A DNA stretch of 64,000 nucleotides from Malacoraja senta (Eukaryota): assembly GCA_038087875.1 (NCBI GenBank), contig JAXLNO010003415.1, positions 62,001 to 126,000 of the forward strand, in the 5' to 3' direction. The translations under genes and the position numbers were made by a program. The notes below the pieces were generated by a model. That model was not told the origin of the DNA, did not search any database, and saw only the letters and a list, made by a program, of their open reading frames with translations. This document shows positions 1-9,930 of the stretch, piece after piece (the stretch's first letter is position 1; every line of letters starts with the position of its first letter).

Positions 1-3000
1 GGGGGCGCGGCTGTTGCAGGTGGAACACGATGAGACCCTCTCCCGGATGTACTTTGCCATATCCGGCCAATAGAACTGTGCCTTGGCGAGAGACAAAGTG
101 GCTTCGGCCCCAGTGTGACCGCGGTGTGCGACCTGAAAATAGTGGTCGTGCAGCGCCGCGGGCACGACCACTTTGTGACCCTTCACCACCACGCCGTCGT
201 GCAATACGAGCTCGTCCCGAATCAGGAAGTAGGGCACGACTCCAGCCGGCAGTGCCGAGCGACGGTCAGGCCAGCCCTGCCGGATGACGGCAGACAGCTG
301 TTGCAGGGCAGGGTCGTTGGTAGTGTGTTCAACCAGGGATTTCATCTGTGGCGAGGGGACGAAGTTCAATCGTAGTACTAGTAACTCGGACATTTCGTAT
401 TGGTGGCGAGCAGTGGACGTCAGCGGGGCGCGAGACAACGTGTCGGCTACGAACATATCCTTCCCCTTACGATAAACCACCGTGAACGTGAAACGCTGGA
501 GCTGCAGCAGCATGCGCTGCAGACGTGATGAGGCCACATGGATCGGTTTGTTGAGGATGGTAACAAGTGGTTGATGGTCAGTTTCAACGGTGAAAGTGTT
601 GCCCACGATGTAGTCCCGGAATTTGGAGCAGGCAAACAGCACGGCCAGTAGCTCCTTCTCAATCTGCGCGTAGTGCTGTTCGGTGGCGGTCATGGTGCGG
701 GACGCGAATGAGACAGGCATCTGCAGGCCGTCATGGACCTGGAGGCAGGCGGCACCGAGTCCGAATTGAGAGGCGTCGCAGGTGAGGACAATGGGATGCC
801 GCAGGTCAAAGAACTTGAGCGTGGGTGTGCTGATCAGTTTAGACTTAAGAATGTCAAATGCCTTCTGATGATTGGGTAACCAAAGCCAGGAAGTGTCCTT
901 TTTGATCAGATCCCTCAGGGGAGCGCTGAGCTCGCTTAGGTCGGGGATGAACTTCCCCAGGTAGTTTACCAAGCCGAGAAAGCGTTGCAGGCCTGCCACG
1001 TTAGTAGGAGGAGGCATCCCTGAGATGGCAGTCGTTTTCTGCGGGTCAGGCTTCAGCCCCTCAGCGGTGAATACGTGTCCAACATAGGTGACCTCCGAGA
1101 CGCGGAATCGGCACTTCTTGGGGTTCAGTTTCAAGTTGATTTGCCTGGCCCGGTCCAGGATCAGGCGGAGGTTGACATCGTGTTCGGCAACATCCTTACC
1201 GTAAACGAGGATGTCGTCAACAATTATGGCGCAAAGCAGATCTGAAAACAACTGTTCCATGGTTCGCTGGAATACCTCGCTGGCAGAGTTGATTCCGAAG
1301 GGCATTCGGAGGAACCGAAACCTTCCGTAGGGGGTGGCGAAGGTTGTCAAAATGGACGACCGCTCGTCCAGTGGTATCTGCCAGAATGAACTCTTGGCAT
1401 CGAGGACCGAAAAGACCGTTGCTGGACCAACCCGTGCAGCGACGTCTTCCACCGTTCTCATAGGGTAGTGAGGGCGCCGAATGGCCAGGTTGAGGTCTCT
1501 GGGGTTGATGCAGATGCGTATCTCACTCATGTCCTTTTTAGCAGCAACAACCATGGAAGAGACCCAGCTGGTGGGCTCGACGACCGCCTTTAGGACGCCC
1601 ATTTGTACCATACTGTGTAGGGTCGCCTCCACTTTGTCCCTCATGGCGAAGGAAATACGGTGAGGAGCATGGACCACAGGAACGATCTTATGGTCCACTT
1701 CAATCTTGTAGCTGCAGGGTAGTTTGCCTAGCTTATCATCAAAGCGGTCAGGATACTCGGCCAGCGGGTCCATAAGAGCCCGCACGTGGTGGATGTCCCG
1801 GTGGAAGGACACCAGTCCCATTTCCTGGCATGCCTGGATCCCCAGCAGGGGAACGCAACTTCGATTGAGGAGAAAGAAGGTGAGGGGCCGAGTGGCCTTC
1901 AGTATCTTACAGTGTAGTGTGGCCTTGCCCACAGGAGTAAGGATCTCCCCACCGTAGGCATGCAGGTTTGAGCTCTGAGAAAATATCTTCTCATTAGTCC
2001 TTATCTGGTTGAAAAGAGATGTTGACATAACATTGGTAACCGCCCCAGTGTCGATTTTGGCCGTGAAGGTCGAGTTGTTCACAGTGACTTGCACAGAAGG
2101 ATCCGTTATCATAGCAGGTGCGTTCACTACGGTAAACAAGCTGGTTTCTGCCTGAGAGGAGTTGGATGTAGGAACAGAATGTTCATCGGAATAGTGCTGG
2201 GAGCTGAGATCATTATCCGACTGTAGAAGGTTGTTTAAATTTTGCCTTCGAGCAGCGACAGGCTTCCCACGGGAACGACAGGCTGCAGCAAAATGGTTCA
2301 ACTTATTACAGGAGTTGCAGTACTTTCCCAGCGCAGGGCACACATTGAACTGATGAGATGTGAAGTTGCAATTAGGGCACCTTTGCTGGGTGTCTCCCCT
2401 TGTGGCACCACCGAACCCCGGGGCGCGTCCCCCTCGAGCAGCGAGCGACACCGGGGGTCGCGACTGGGGTGCGTTCATGGGATAGCTAGGAGTGCTGGCA
2501 AAGTTGATCGCCTGTTCAGCCGGCGGCGCCGCCGCGGAAACAGCGTCGGCTAAGCGAGTAGCGTGCATTGCATCGGCCAAGGTCAGATCCGGCTTGCGAA
2601 GTAGTTCGGACCTGAGCTTCTCATCACGGAGACCGTAAACCAGTAGGTCCCTGATGACATTATCTGGGGTCCACGTCTCGAGGCGGCAGCGCCTGCCCAG
2701 GTCCCGCAGCGCAATGACATAGTTCTCAGCCGATTCCCCAGGGAGCTGACGCCGCGCGAACAGTTTAAAACGTTCTAAAATGCAATTAGTAGGAATGTCA
2801 CAAATAGCGTCAAACTTAGCCAACAGACATGCCGGGTCCCGAGCTGATTCTCCAGGAGCGTAGACGAAGAAGTCCGAGCGAGTCAAGGCGTTGGGACCAG
2901 CCAAGTTGAGAAGCAGCGAGGCTTTGAGAGCGTCAGTGGCGCCAGGATGGGCAATCGTGAAATAGTGTTCAAAGTCGCGTTTGAATATGTCCCATCGAAG

Positions 3001-3054
3001 GGCGATGTCGAAATCGAAAACGAGCGCATCGGGCTTACAGGCAGAAGAGGCCAT
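1..3054 (-). CDS. Gag-Pol polyprotein (partial; open to the window edge, at least 1018 codons)
   Basis: Manual translation from ATG at 3054 (MASSACKPDALVFDF...). Motifs: two CCHC knuckles (CPNCNFTSHQFNVC, CNSCNKLNHFAAAC), protease IDTGA, RT LDAKSSFWQI and IVDDILV, RNase H DASQFGLG/EKELLAV/ETDHQPL, and integrase HRGH..CSTC near base 1. The ORF track lists nothing in this frame, consistent with no stop codon. Confidence 0.92.
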   Translation of the reverse strand, partial: MASSACKPDALVFDFDIALRWDIFKRDFEHYFTIAHPGATDALKASLLLNLAGPNALTRSDFFVYAPGESARDPACLLAKFDAICDIPTNCILERFKLFARRQLPGESAENYVIALRDLGRRCRLETWTPDNVIRDLLVYGLRDEKLRSELLRKPDLTLADAMHATRLADAVSAAAPPAEQAINFASTPSYPMNAPQSRPPVSLAARGGRAPGFGGATRGDTQQRCPNCNFTSHQFNVCPALGKYCNSCNKLNHFAAACRSRGKPVAARRQNLNNLLQSDNDLSSQHYSDEHSVPTSNSSQAETSLFTVVNAPAMITDPSVQVTVNNSTFTAKIDTGAVTNVMSTSLFNQIRTNEKIFSQSSNLHAYGGEILTPVGKATLHCKILKATRPLTFFLLNRSCVPLLGIQACQEMGLVSFHRDIHHVRALMDPLAEYPDRFDDKLGKLPCSYKIEVDHKIVPVVHAPHRISFAMRDKVEATLHSMVQMGVLKAVVEPTSWVSSMVVAAKKDMSEIRICINPRDLNLAIRRPHYPMRTVEDVAARVGPATVFSVLDAKSSFWQIPLDERSSILTTFATPYGRFRFLRMPFGINSASEVFQRTMEQLFSDLLCAIIVDDILVYGKDVAEHDVNLRLILDRARQINLKLNPKKCRFRVSEVTYVGHVFTAEGLKPDPQKTTAISGMPPPTNVAGLQRFLGLVNYLGKFIPDLSELSAPLRDLIKKDTSWLWLPNHQKAFDILKSKLISTPTLKFFDLRHPIVLTCDASQFGLGAACLQVHDGLQMPVSFASRTMTATEQHYAQIEKELLAVLFACSKFRDYIVGNTFTVETDHQPLVTILNKPIHVASSRLQRMLLQLQRFTFTVVYRKGKDMFVADTLSRAPLTSTARHQYEMSELLVLRLNFVPSPQMKSLVEHTTNDPALQQLSAVIRQGWPDRRSALPAGVVPYFLIRDELVLHDGVVVKGHKVVVPAALHDHYFQVAHRGHTGAEATLSLAKAQFYWPDMAKYIRERVSSCSTCNSRAP

Positions 3055-3139
3055 GACAAAAACAGTTAGGGGGGGAAACAAAAAACTGGGTCAAAATTAA
3101 ATGATAAACCGATAAACGGGAGGCGCAAGGTACGTTATT

Positions 3140-3147
3140 TGACACCA
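3140..3147 (-). promoter_or_regulatory. Primer-binding site TGGTGTCA (tRNA-Leu type 3' end complement)
   Basis: TGG immediately after the LTR-terminal CA. The 8-nt match to ...UGACACCA follows from known vertebrate tRNA-Leu 3' ends. Confidence 0.75.
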
Positions 3148-3350
3148 TGTAAAGGATTGATATCGAGACATCGTTACTTTACTATCTTTATTCATACTGG
3201 ACATTATACATTGCACTAGCTGTACGTGGTCTGTCACAGGAACTAGAGAGCGATCTGTGGGTGTGGAGGTTGTAGTTATACTTGTGATATGGGGAGTGGT
3301 TAGTGGGTGTGAGGTCACTATGTTAAAGGCACATGCATATCTCATCTACA
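3148..3350 (-). repeat. 5' LTR (203 bp)
   Basis: Minus strand begins TGTAG at 3350, ends ...TTTACA at 3148, contains AATAAA, and is directly followed by the PBS. Confidence 0.85.
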
Positions 3351-3590
3351 AACACCTTGTCGACTTGCGACTCCTAATCTTGCCATGTATGTTCTCATCC
3401 AAATCATTGATATACAAGACAAACAGTAACAGGCCCAGCACCAAACCCTGAGGCACACCGCTAGTCACAGGCCACCAGTTCGAGAAGCTACCTTCCACCA
3501 TTACCCTTTGCTTCCTTCCATGAAGCCAATTTTCTATTCATACGGCTACCTCTCCTTTGATCAATAACTTTCCAGAGCAGCCGACCATGT
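3351..3590 (-). mobile_element. CR1 LINE RT fragment
   Basis: Minus strand reads SGVPQGLVLG..YINDLDEN (RT PQG motif). Confidence 0.8.
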
Positions 3591-3899
3591 GATAATCTAA
3601 CAGACAGACACAGCTATCTCAACTATATGATAGCTGCATTAAAGAGACTTTAAAAAAAGCTTTTAACAAGGCACGTGGATATGTGTAGAACGGAGGGCTA
3701 TGGATCATGTGCAGGCAGATGAAATTAGTTTACGTTGGCATCATGTTCGGCACAGACATCGTGGGTCGAAGGGCCTGTTCCTTTGCTGTACTTTGCTGTG
3801 TTCTATGTCCACCTCCTCCCAACTGCTTCCTATAATGAGCCTATTTTATTCCCCCAATTTCACTCTCTCCACTGTATCTCTAGTGATGGTGAACCTTTT

Positions 3900-4290
3900 C
3901 TCGTGGAGAGGAAGAAAATTGCCATGCGTTGGAGCAAGATGAAGGGTGCAGAGAAGATTTTCAAGGCTGCTGCCAGGACTCGAGGAGCTGAGCTATAGGG
4001 AGAGGTTGAGCAGGCTAGGTCTCTCTTCCTTGGAGCGCAGGAGGATGAGGGGTAATCCTTTCAAAGAGCACAAAATCAAGAGAGGAATAGATTGGGTAGA
4101 TGCACAGTCTCTTCCCCAGACTAGGGGAATCGAGAACCAGAGGATATAGGTTTAAGGTGAGGGGGGGAAGATTTAATGGGAACCAGAGGGGTAACATTTT
4201 CATACAACGGGTGGTGGGTGTGTGGAACGAGCTGCCAGAGGAGGTAGTTGAGGCCGGCATTATCAGAATGTTTAAAAAACATTGAATGTT
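3900..4290 (+). mobile_element. CR1 LINE 3' fragment
   Basis: LSYRERLSRLGLSSLERRRMRG and FIQRVVGVWNELP motifs typical of the CR1 ORF2 C-terminus. Confidence 0.85.
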
Positions 4291-4499
4291 TGCAATGAAC
4301 CAGAGGAGAATCAGACTGTACCCTTGTTTATGGAGAGACCGTTCTGAACCTTGATAATGGAGACATTCCACCCAGTTTCATCAACCACGCACTCCTCCAT
4401 ACAGTTCCCATCTGTCCACCCTACCTCCCTTATTTGGGGCTCTGTGACAACCATAAGTGTTTGTTCTCTTACCTAACAGTGTGTGTACAGGAAGGAATA

Positions 4500-5100
4500 A
4501 GGTCATATTGTCATCAGTGATATGAGGAGAATTAGACCATTCAGCCCATCAGGTCTACTCCGCCGTTAAATCATGTTTGGTGTATCTCTCCCTCCTAACC
4601 CATTTCCTGCCTTCTCCCCATAACCCCTGACATCCGTACTAATCAAGAATCTATCTCCATCTTAAAAATATTATTTTTCTTGGCCTCCACAGCATACTGT
4701 GGCAAAGAATTCCACAGATTCACCACGCTCTAAAAAAAAATTCCTCCCCATTTCCTTCCTAGAGGAATGTTCTTTAATTCTGAGGCTATGACCTCTAGTC
4801 CACGACTGTCCCACTAGTGGAAACGTCCTCTCCAGAGCCACTCAATCCAAGTCTTTCACTATTTGGTAAGTTTCAATGAGGTCCCCCATTCTATACCCCA
4901 GTGCCATCAAACGCTCATCACATGTTATCCCATTCATTCCTGGGATCCTGCTTGTAAACCTCCTCTGGACCCTCTCCAGAGCCAGCACATCCTTCCTTCC
5001 TCAGATATGGTGCCCAAAAATGCTCACAATATTCCAAATGCGGCTTGACCAGCACCTTATAGAGCCTCAACATTACATCCCTGTTTTGTATTCTAGCCAT
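4500..5100 (-). mobile_element. CR1 LINE 3' fragment
   Basis: LYKVLVKPHLEYC..FWAPYLRK motif plus the CR1 tail. Confidence 0.85.
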
Positions 5101-5779
5101 CTTTGAAATAAATGAAATGAATCTTTATAAGACTTTATGAAATGTGGGTTAGGTCAGTGAAGAGTGGTTGAGTAGACCACTACATTCTCTTCAATTAAAA
5201 AAAATAAGATGATCTCTTTGGAACTTTTTGAAGGTGCTTGTTTGGTTGTTGGTATGGTATATGTTTCCTGAGGCAGAGTAGTCCAGACCCAGTCAGACAG
5301 AGTATTAGAAAATTGGGCAGGGCATTTACGACTAAGATAAGAAAACAATCCTTTCTCCTTTTCAGGTGCAACGGATAGAGAAATAAAGGCTTCAGAATTC
5401 TCTACCCTGGAAGGCCCTGGAGGTTCAGGTCTTGTTTATTCAAAAAAGAGATTTGAAGATTTATGTGCCCTAAGAAATTAAGACACATGGAGATTAGGAT
5501 AGAAAAATGGTGCAGAGGTGGAACAGTTATATTTTATCGATAGTGAGCAGTCTTGGTATTAGTAGTGGTTTACCATTATCTCATGTATCGAGATATTGTT
5601 TCGCAAATTGCCCATGCCATTCATTCTTTACATGAGTATAATCACACCATACATCCGTACAACGAGCAATGCAAAAAGAGAAAGCGATCTGAATTCAGAA
5701 TATAATGTTACAGCCACAAATAAAGTGCAAATTGAAAATGAAAGCTTCAAGGGGCATAACAAGGAAGATTGGAAGATCT

Positions 5780-6480
5780 GAACTATACCCTGAGCTTATA
5801 GGAAAACCATTCAGTAATCTGATAACAGCCAGGATGAAGATGTTCTTGAATCAGATGGTACGTGGTTTCAAGCTATTGTATCGATGGGAGCCCGATGGGA
5901 GAGAGGAGAAGAGGTAATGACCAGGATGTGTGGGCCTTTACCGGAGCAGCGGGAAGTGTAGATGGAATTAATGGCGGGGTGGCTGGTCTGTGTGATGGAC
6001 TGGGCTGTGTGATGGGCTGGGCTGGTCTGTGTGATGGACTGGGCTGTGTGATGGACTGCGCTGTGTGATGGACTAGGTTGTGTGATGGACTGGGCTGTGT
6101 GATGGACTGGGCTGTGTGATGGACTGGGCTGTGTGATGGACTGGACTGTGTGATAGACTGGGTTGTGTGATGGACTGGGCTGTGTGATGGACTGGGCTGT
6201 GTGATGTACTGGGCTGTGTGATGGACTGGGTTGTGTGATGGACTGGGTTGTGTGATGGACTGGGCTGTGTGATGGACTGGGCTGTGTGATGGACTGGGCT
6301 GTGTGATGTACTGGGCTGTGTGATGGACTGGGTTGTGTGATGGACTGGGCTGTGTGATGGACTGGGCTGAATCCTCAACTCTCTACAATGTCTTCTGGTC
6401 TTGGGCAGCACAGTTGTCAAACCCAACTCTGATGCACACCAAGAGGATGCTTTTCATGGTGAATCTTGAGAATATCATTT
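5780..6480 (-). mobile_element. Rex-Babar LINE 3' fragment containing an expanded minisatellite
   Basis: Minus strand reads ..SAQSITQTSHPAINSIYTSRC.., homologous to [21 protein letters not shown] in the long copy at 36.3 kb. Confidence 0.7.
5985..6368. repeat. 17-bp minisatellite (CTGGGCTGTGTGATGGA)n, about 22 copies
   Basis: Directly visible tandem array; gives 17-aa periodicity in ORF 6073..6426. Confidence 0.95.
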
Positions 6481-6739
6481 GGTTCCTATTCCTATTTCCC
6501 CCCCATTCAAACCAGTCACCCATATTTCATTTACCCTGCCGCACCATTTAGTTCTCTGTCTAGGATAGATCCTTTAATCACAATATTACTGCCTTCCTCT
6601 GTTGGCTTCTGAACAACTGAATTGCACCTTTGTCGGCTGTTATTTTACATGTAGATGGCATCACTTTGGTTCCACTGTGACGCCGGCATAAAATTATGTT
6701 CTCTCGCTGCCTTTGAAAGTCAACAAGAAGTCAAGTCTT

Positions 6740-7360
6740 ATTTCAAGAGGGCGAGGAGACAAAAACAGGGATGTGATGCTGAGGCTTTATAAAGCACTGG
6801 TCAGGCCGCATTTGGAGAATTGTGAGCCATTTTTGGCACCATATATGATGTGCTGGCTCTGGACAGGATCCAGAGGAGGGTTACAAGAATGATGACAGGA
6901 ATGAGTGGGTTAACGTATGATGAGCGTTTGACGGCACTGAGCCTGTACTCGCTGGAGTTTAGAAGAATAAGGCTGGGTGGGGTGACCACATTGGAATGAA
7001 CCGAACGGTAAAAGGCTTGGATAGTGTGAATGAGGTGGGGATGTTTCCACCAGTGGGAGAGTCTAGGACTGGAGGTCATCGCCTCAGAATTAAAGGATGT
7101 TCCTGTGGAAAGGAGATGAGACGAATTTATTTAGTCAGAGGCTGGTGAATCTGTGGAATTCACTGCCACAGAAGGTTGCGGAGGCCAAGGCAATGGATAT
7201 TGTTGAAGCAGAGATAGATAGATTCTTGATTAGTTCGGGTGTCAAGGGTTATGGGGAAAAGCCAGGAGAATGGGGTTGAGGGGGAGAGATAGCTAACCCA
7301 TGATAAAATGGCGGAGTAGTCTTGATGGGCTGAATGGCCTTATTTTGCTCCTATCATTGA
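6740..7360 (+). mobile_element. CR1 LINE 3' fragment
   Basis: FSQRLVNLWNSLPQK..GVKGYGEK motif and CR1 tail. Confidence 0.85.
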
Positions 7361-7836
7361 TGACATGACCTTATGAAGTCATCGCTTGACCCTGAATCAA
7401 GCATCCCTTGAATGTTGAGCCAGAGGATCGGAAGAACAGGTCTGTTTACTAAAATAATACAAATGGATGTGATGAAGAGAGGCGGGCACAGTGGAACAGA
7501 GTTAGTGTTTACGCAGGTAAAGTAAGAAAAGGGGGATAGATAAACCCGGGACTCCGGTTCACGGCTCGGGGTCGTGCGCAGCGCAGTAGTGAGCCCGGAC
7601 CTGCCCAGAGTCATCCTGTTTATTGCAGTCTCTCGGATCAATGACCGTGCGCGGACCTGACTGTTCATTCAAATGGAAAGAACTGGAGATGTTTGTGAGT
7701 TGGAGTGTGCGGAACTGTGATGTAATTTGTGGTCCCAGTGGAGAAGGGTGACTATAAATCAGGCTGCACGGTGAATCGCTTCAGTGCGGCATCTGTACCT
7801 TTGCCATAACCAGATCTTGCTCCTATCCATCATAAA

Positions 7837-7906
7837 ATGCAGGGAACAGAGGCGGCTGATGCGACCATCATTTGCTACCCGATTCTTGCAATTATCGGTA
7901 TCCCAG
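7837..7906 (+). CDS. GPR139-like class A GPCR, coding exon 1 (MQGTEAADATIICYPILAIIGIP, phase-1 donor)
   Basis: ATG at 7837, YPILAIIGIP start of TM1, consensus donor G|GTGAGT at 7907; splices in frame to 8679. Confidence 0.8.
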
Positions 7907-8678
7907 GTGAGTTATTTTGTTGCCACCTCCGTCGCTTTACTTCTGATTATCTGTATTCAGGAGTATCTCCTCTTTTGAGTTTCAGCCTAGTTTCTTGTCA
8001 CGTGTAGCGAGGTACAGTGAAAAGCATTTCTTGCGTGTTAACCAGTCAGCGGAATGACAATGCATGATTACAGCCGAGCCGTCTACAGTGTACAAATACA
8101 TGATACAGATAATAACGTGAATAACGTACAGTGCAAGATAAAGTCCAGTAAAGCCCGATCAAAGCTATGTGTAGGGAGGAACTACAGATGTTGGTTTAAA
8201 CCGGTCAGACTAGAAAACCTGAAGTAAATCAGCGGGTCAGGCAGCATCTGTGGAGAAAAGCAATAACTAACGTATTCGGGTCGAGACCTTTCTTCAGACT
8301 GAGAGTCAGGGGGAATTGAACGAGAGATAGAGACGGTATTTAGGACACATGAATGGAAGGAATGCCTAATCATTTTCTCCAGAGATGCTGTCTGTCTGAC
8401 CAAAGATAGTCCGTGGGTCTCCAATGATGTAGAAAGTAGCTATGAAGCTACAACCTGACTCTTAGACCCAATGCCCGATCGATGAAGGCAATTGGTCTGT
8501 TGTTCAATATCCAACATCGTTCCCCTTCACACAGCTAATGATGTCGGCCCTGCAATATTGACTGCACCAGTTACAATGTTCCCGGTTAGGTTATTCCCAG
8601 CGTTCCCGTGACCAAAGACACGTTCTCGATGCTGGGGGGTTCTCTCTGGTAATGACCTGCCTTGTCATCTTGTTACAG

Positions 8679-9581
8679 CAAACGTTCTCTCTCTCGTGGT
8701 CCTGTCCCGGAGAATGTGCGGCCTCTCCAAAGTGGTCATCCGTTACATGCTAACTCTGGCAGTCGCGGACACAATGGTCTGTATATTTAATGTCATCGTC
8801 AGAAACGTCCTCAACTATCATTTTCCGGATTCATTCCTCGCATACACCTGTACGTGTCGTCTTACATCCTTTATACAAATATCCTGCGTGCAATTCTCCG
8901 TCTGGTCCACAGTGGCATTCACAGTCGACCGCTTCTTCGCCATTTGTTGCCAGAAATTAAAATCAAAATACTGCACCGAGAGAACCGCCGCAGTGATTCT
9001 AACGACAGTGTGTTTGTGCAGCTTTTTGATCCATATTCCAGTTTATTTTCGGTATGAGCCCAGCTATATTGCCGGTGATATACGATGGGGCTGCCGTATA
9101 GTTACGGAATATGCTTCTTCGCCCGCATGGAAGACGTACAAATGGGTCTCCAAACTTTTGGTACCACTGCTGCCACTGCCGCTGGTACTGCTGTTAAATT
9201 CACTGACCGTCGGGCACATTGTACAGGCCAGTCGAATTCGCAGCGCCCTGAAGCGCCGCGTGGACGGTAATATCTGTGATCCTGAGATCAGAAACCGAAG
9301 AACTTCAATCATTCTGTTATTTGCCATCTCGGGGAGCTTCACTGCGCTGTGGACTCCGGTTATGATACTTGACTTGCGTTTCGAAGTCCCGCAGAGTTTT
9401 GCGGTCAACGCCCCGAGGTCCCTTTATCTTGCGATTTAGAATAGCGCTTCTGCTAATGTATTTGAGTTCCTGTACAAACACTTGTATTTATGCACTTGTC
9501 CAGAGGAGGTTCCGGGAGGAAGCGAAGAAAGTGATAGCATATCCATTGATTATTATTGTCCGGTTTTTAAAAAGAAATTAG
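8679..9581 (+). pseudogene. GPR139-like GPCR exon 2 with a single +1 frameshift near 9435-9437 (pseudogene or consensus error); corrected product 323 aa
   Basis: Acceptor TTGTTACAG|CA. TM1-TM6 are in ORF 8696..9439 (LAVAD, TVAFTVDRFFAICC, RRTSIILLF); TM7 and helix 8 are in ORF 9369..9581 (LSSCTNTCIYA..RFREE). Removing one T from GATTTAGA joins the frames. Confidence 0.88.
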
Positions 9582-9599
9582 ATCGAAGCTCGTTGCCTG

Positions 9600-9930
9600 G
9601 TTTCGTGCTTTACCAGCCGTGTAACTGCCCTTCCCCTTCCCGTACCGACTTATCTGTCCTTGGTCTCCTTCGTTGCCAGAGAGAGGGCACACGCAAACTG
9701 GAGGAACAGCACCTCATATTCTGCTGGGTTAGCCTAGCACCCAACGGTATGAAGATTGGTGTGTAGCAAGGAACCGCAAATGCGCGTTCAAACCGAAGAT
9801 AGACTCAAAATGCTGGAGTAACTCAGCGGGACAGGCAGCGTCTCTGCAGAGAAGGAATGGGAAACGTCACCCTTTCCTTTTCTCCAGAGATGCTGCTTGT
9901 CCCGCTGAGTTCCTCCCGCACTTTGTGTCT
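9600..9930 (+). mobile_element. Penelope-like element 3' fragment and terminal repeat
   Basis: DLSVLGLL..EGTRKLEEQHLIF..PNGM is the C-terminus following the GIY-YIG domain, followed by the recurring PLE-associated terminal repeat. Confidence 0.75.

Larger units (their letters stand above)
1..3350 (-). mobile_element. Ty3/Gypsy LTR retrotransposon (Mag-like), 5' LTR + PBS + gag-pol; truncated by the window edge
   Basis: LTR with TG...CA ends, tRNA PBS and a single gag-pol ORF in Gypsy domain order (PR-RT-RNaseH-IN); inserted into a CR1 fragment that resumes at 3351. Confidence 0.95.
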
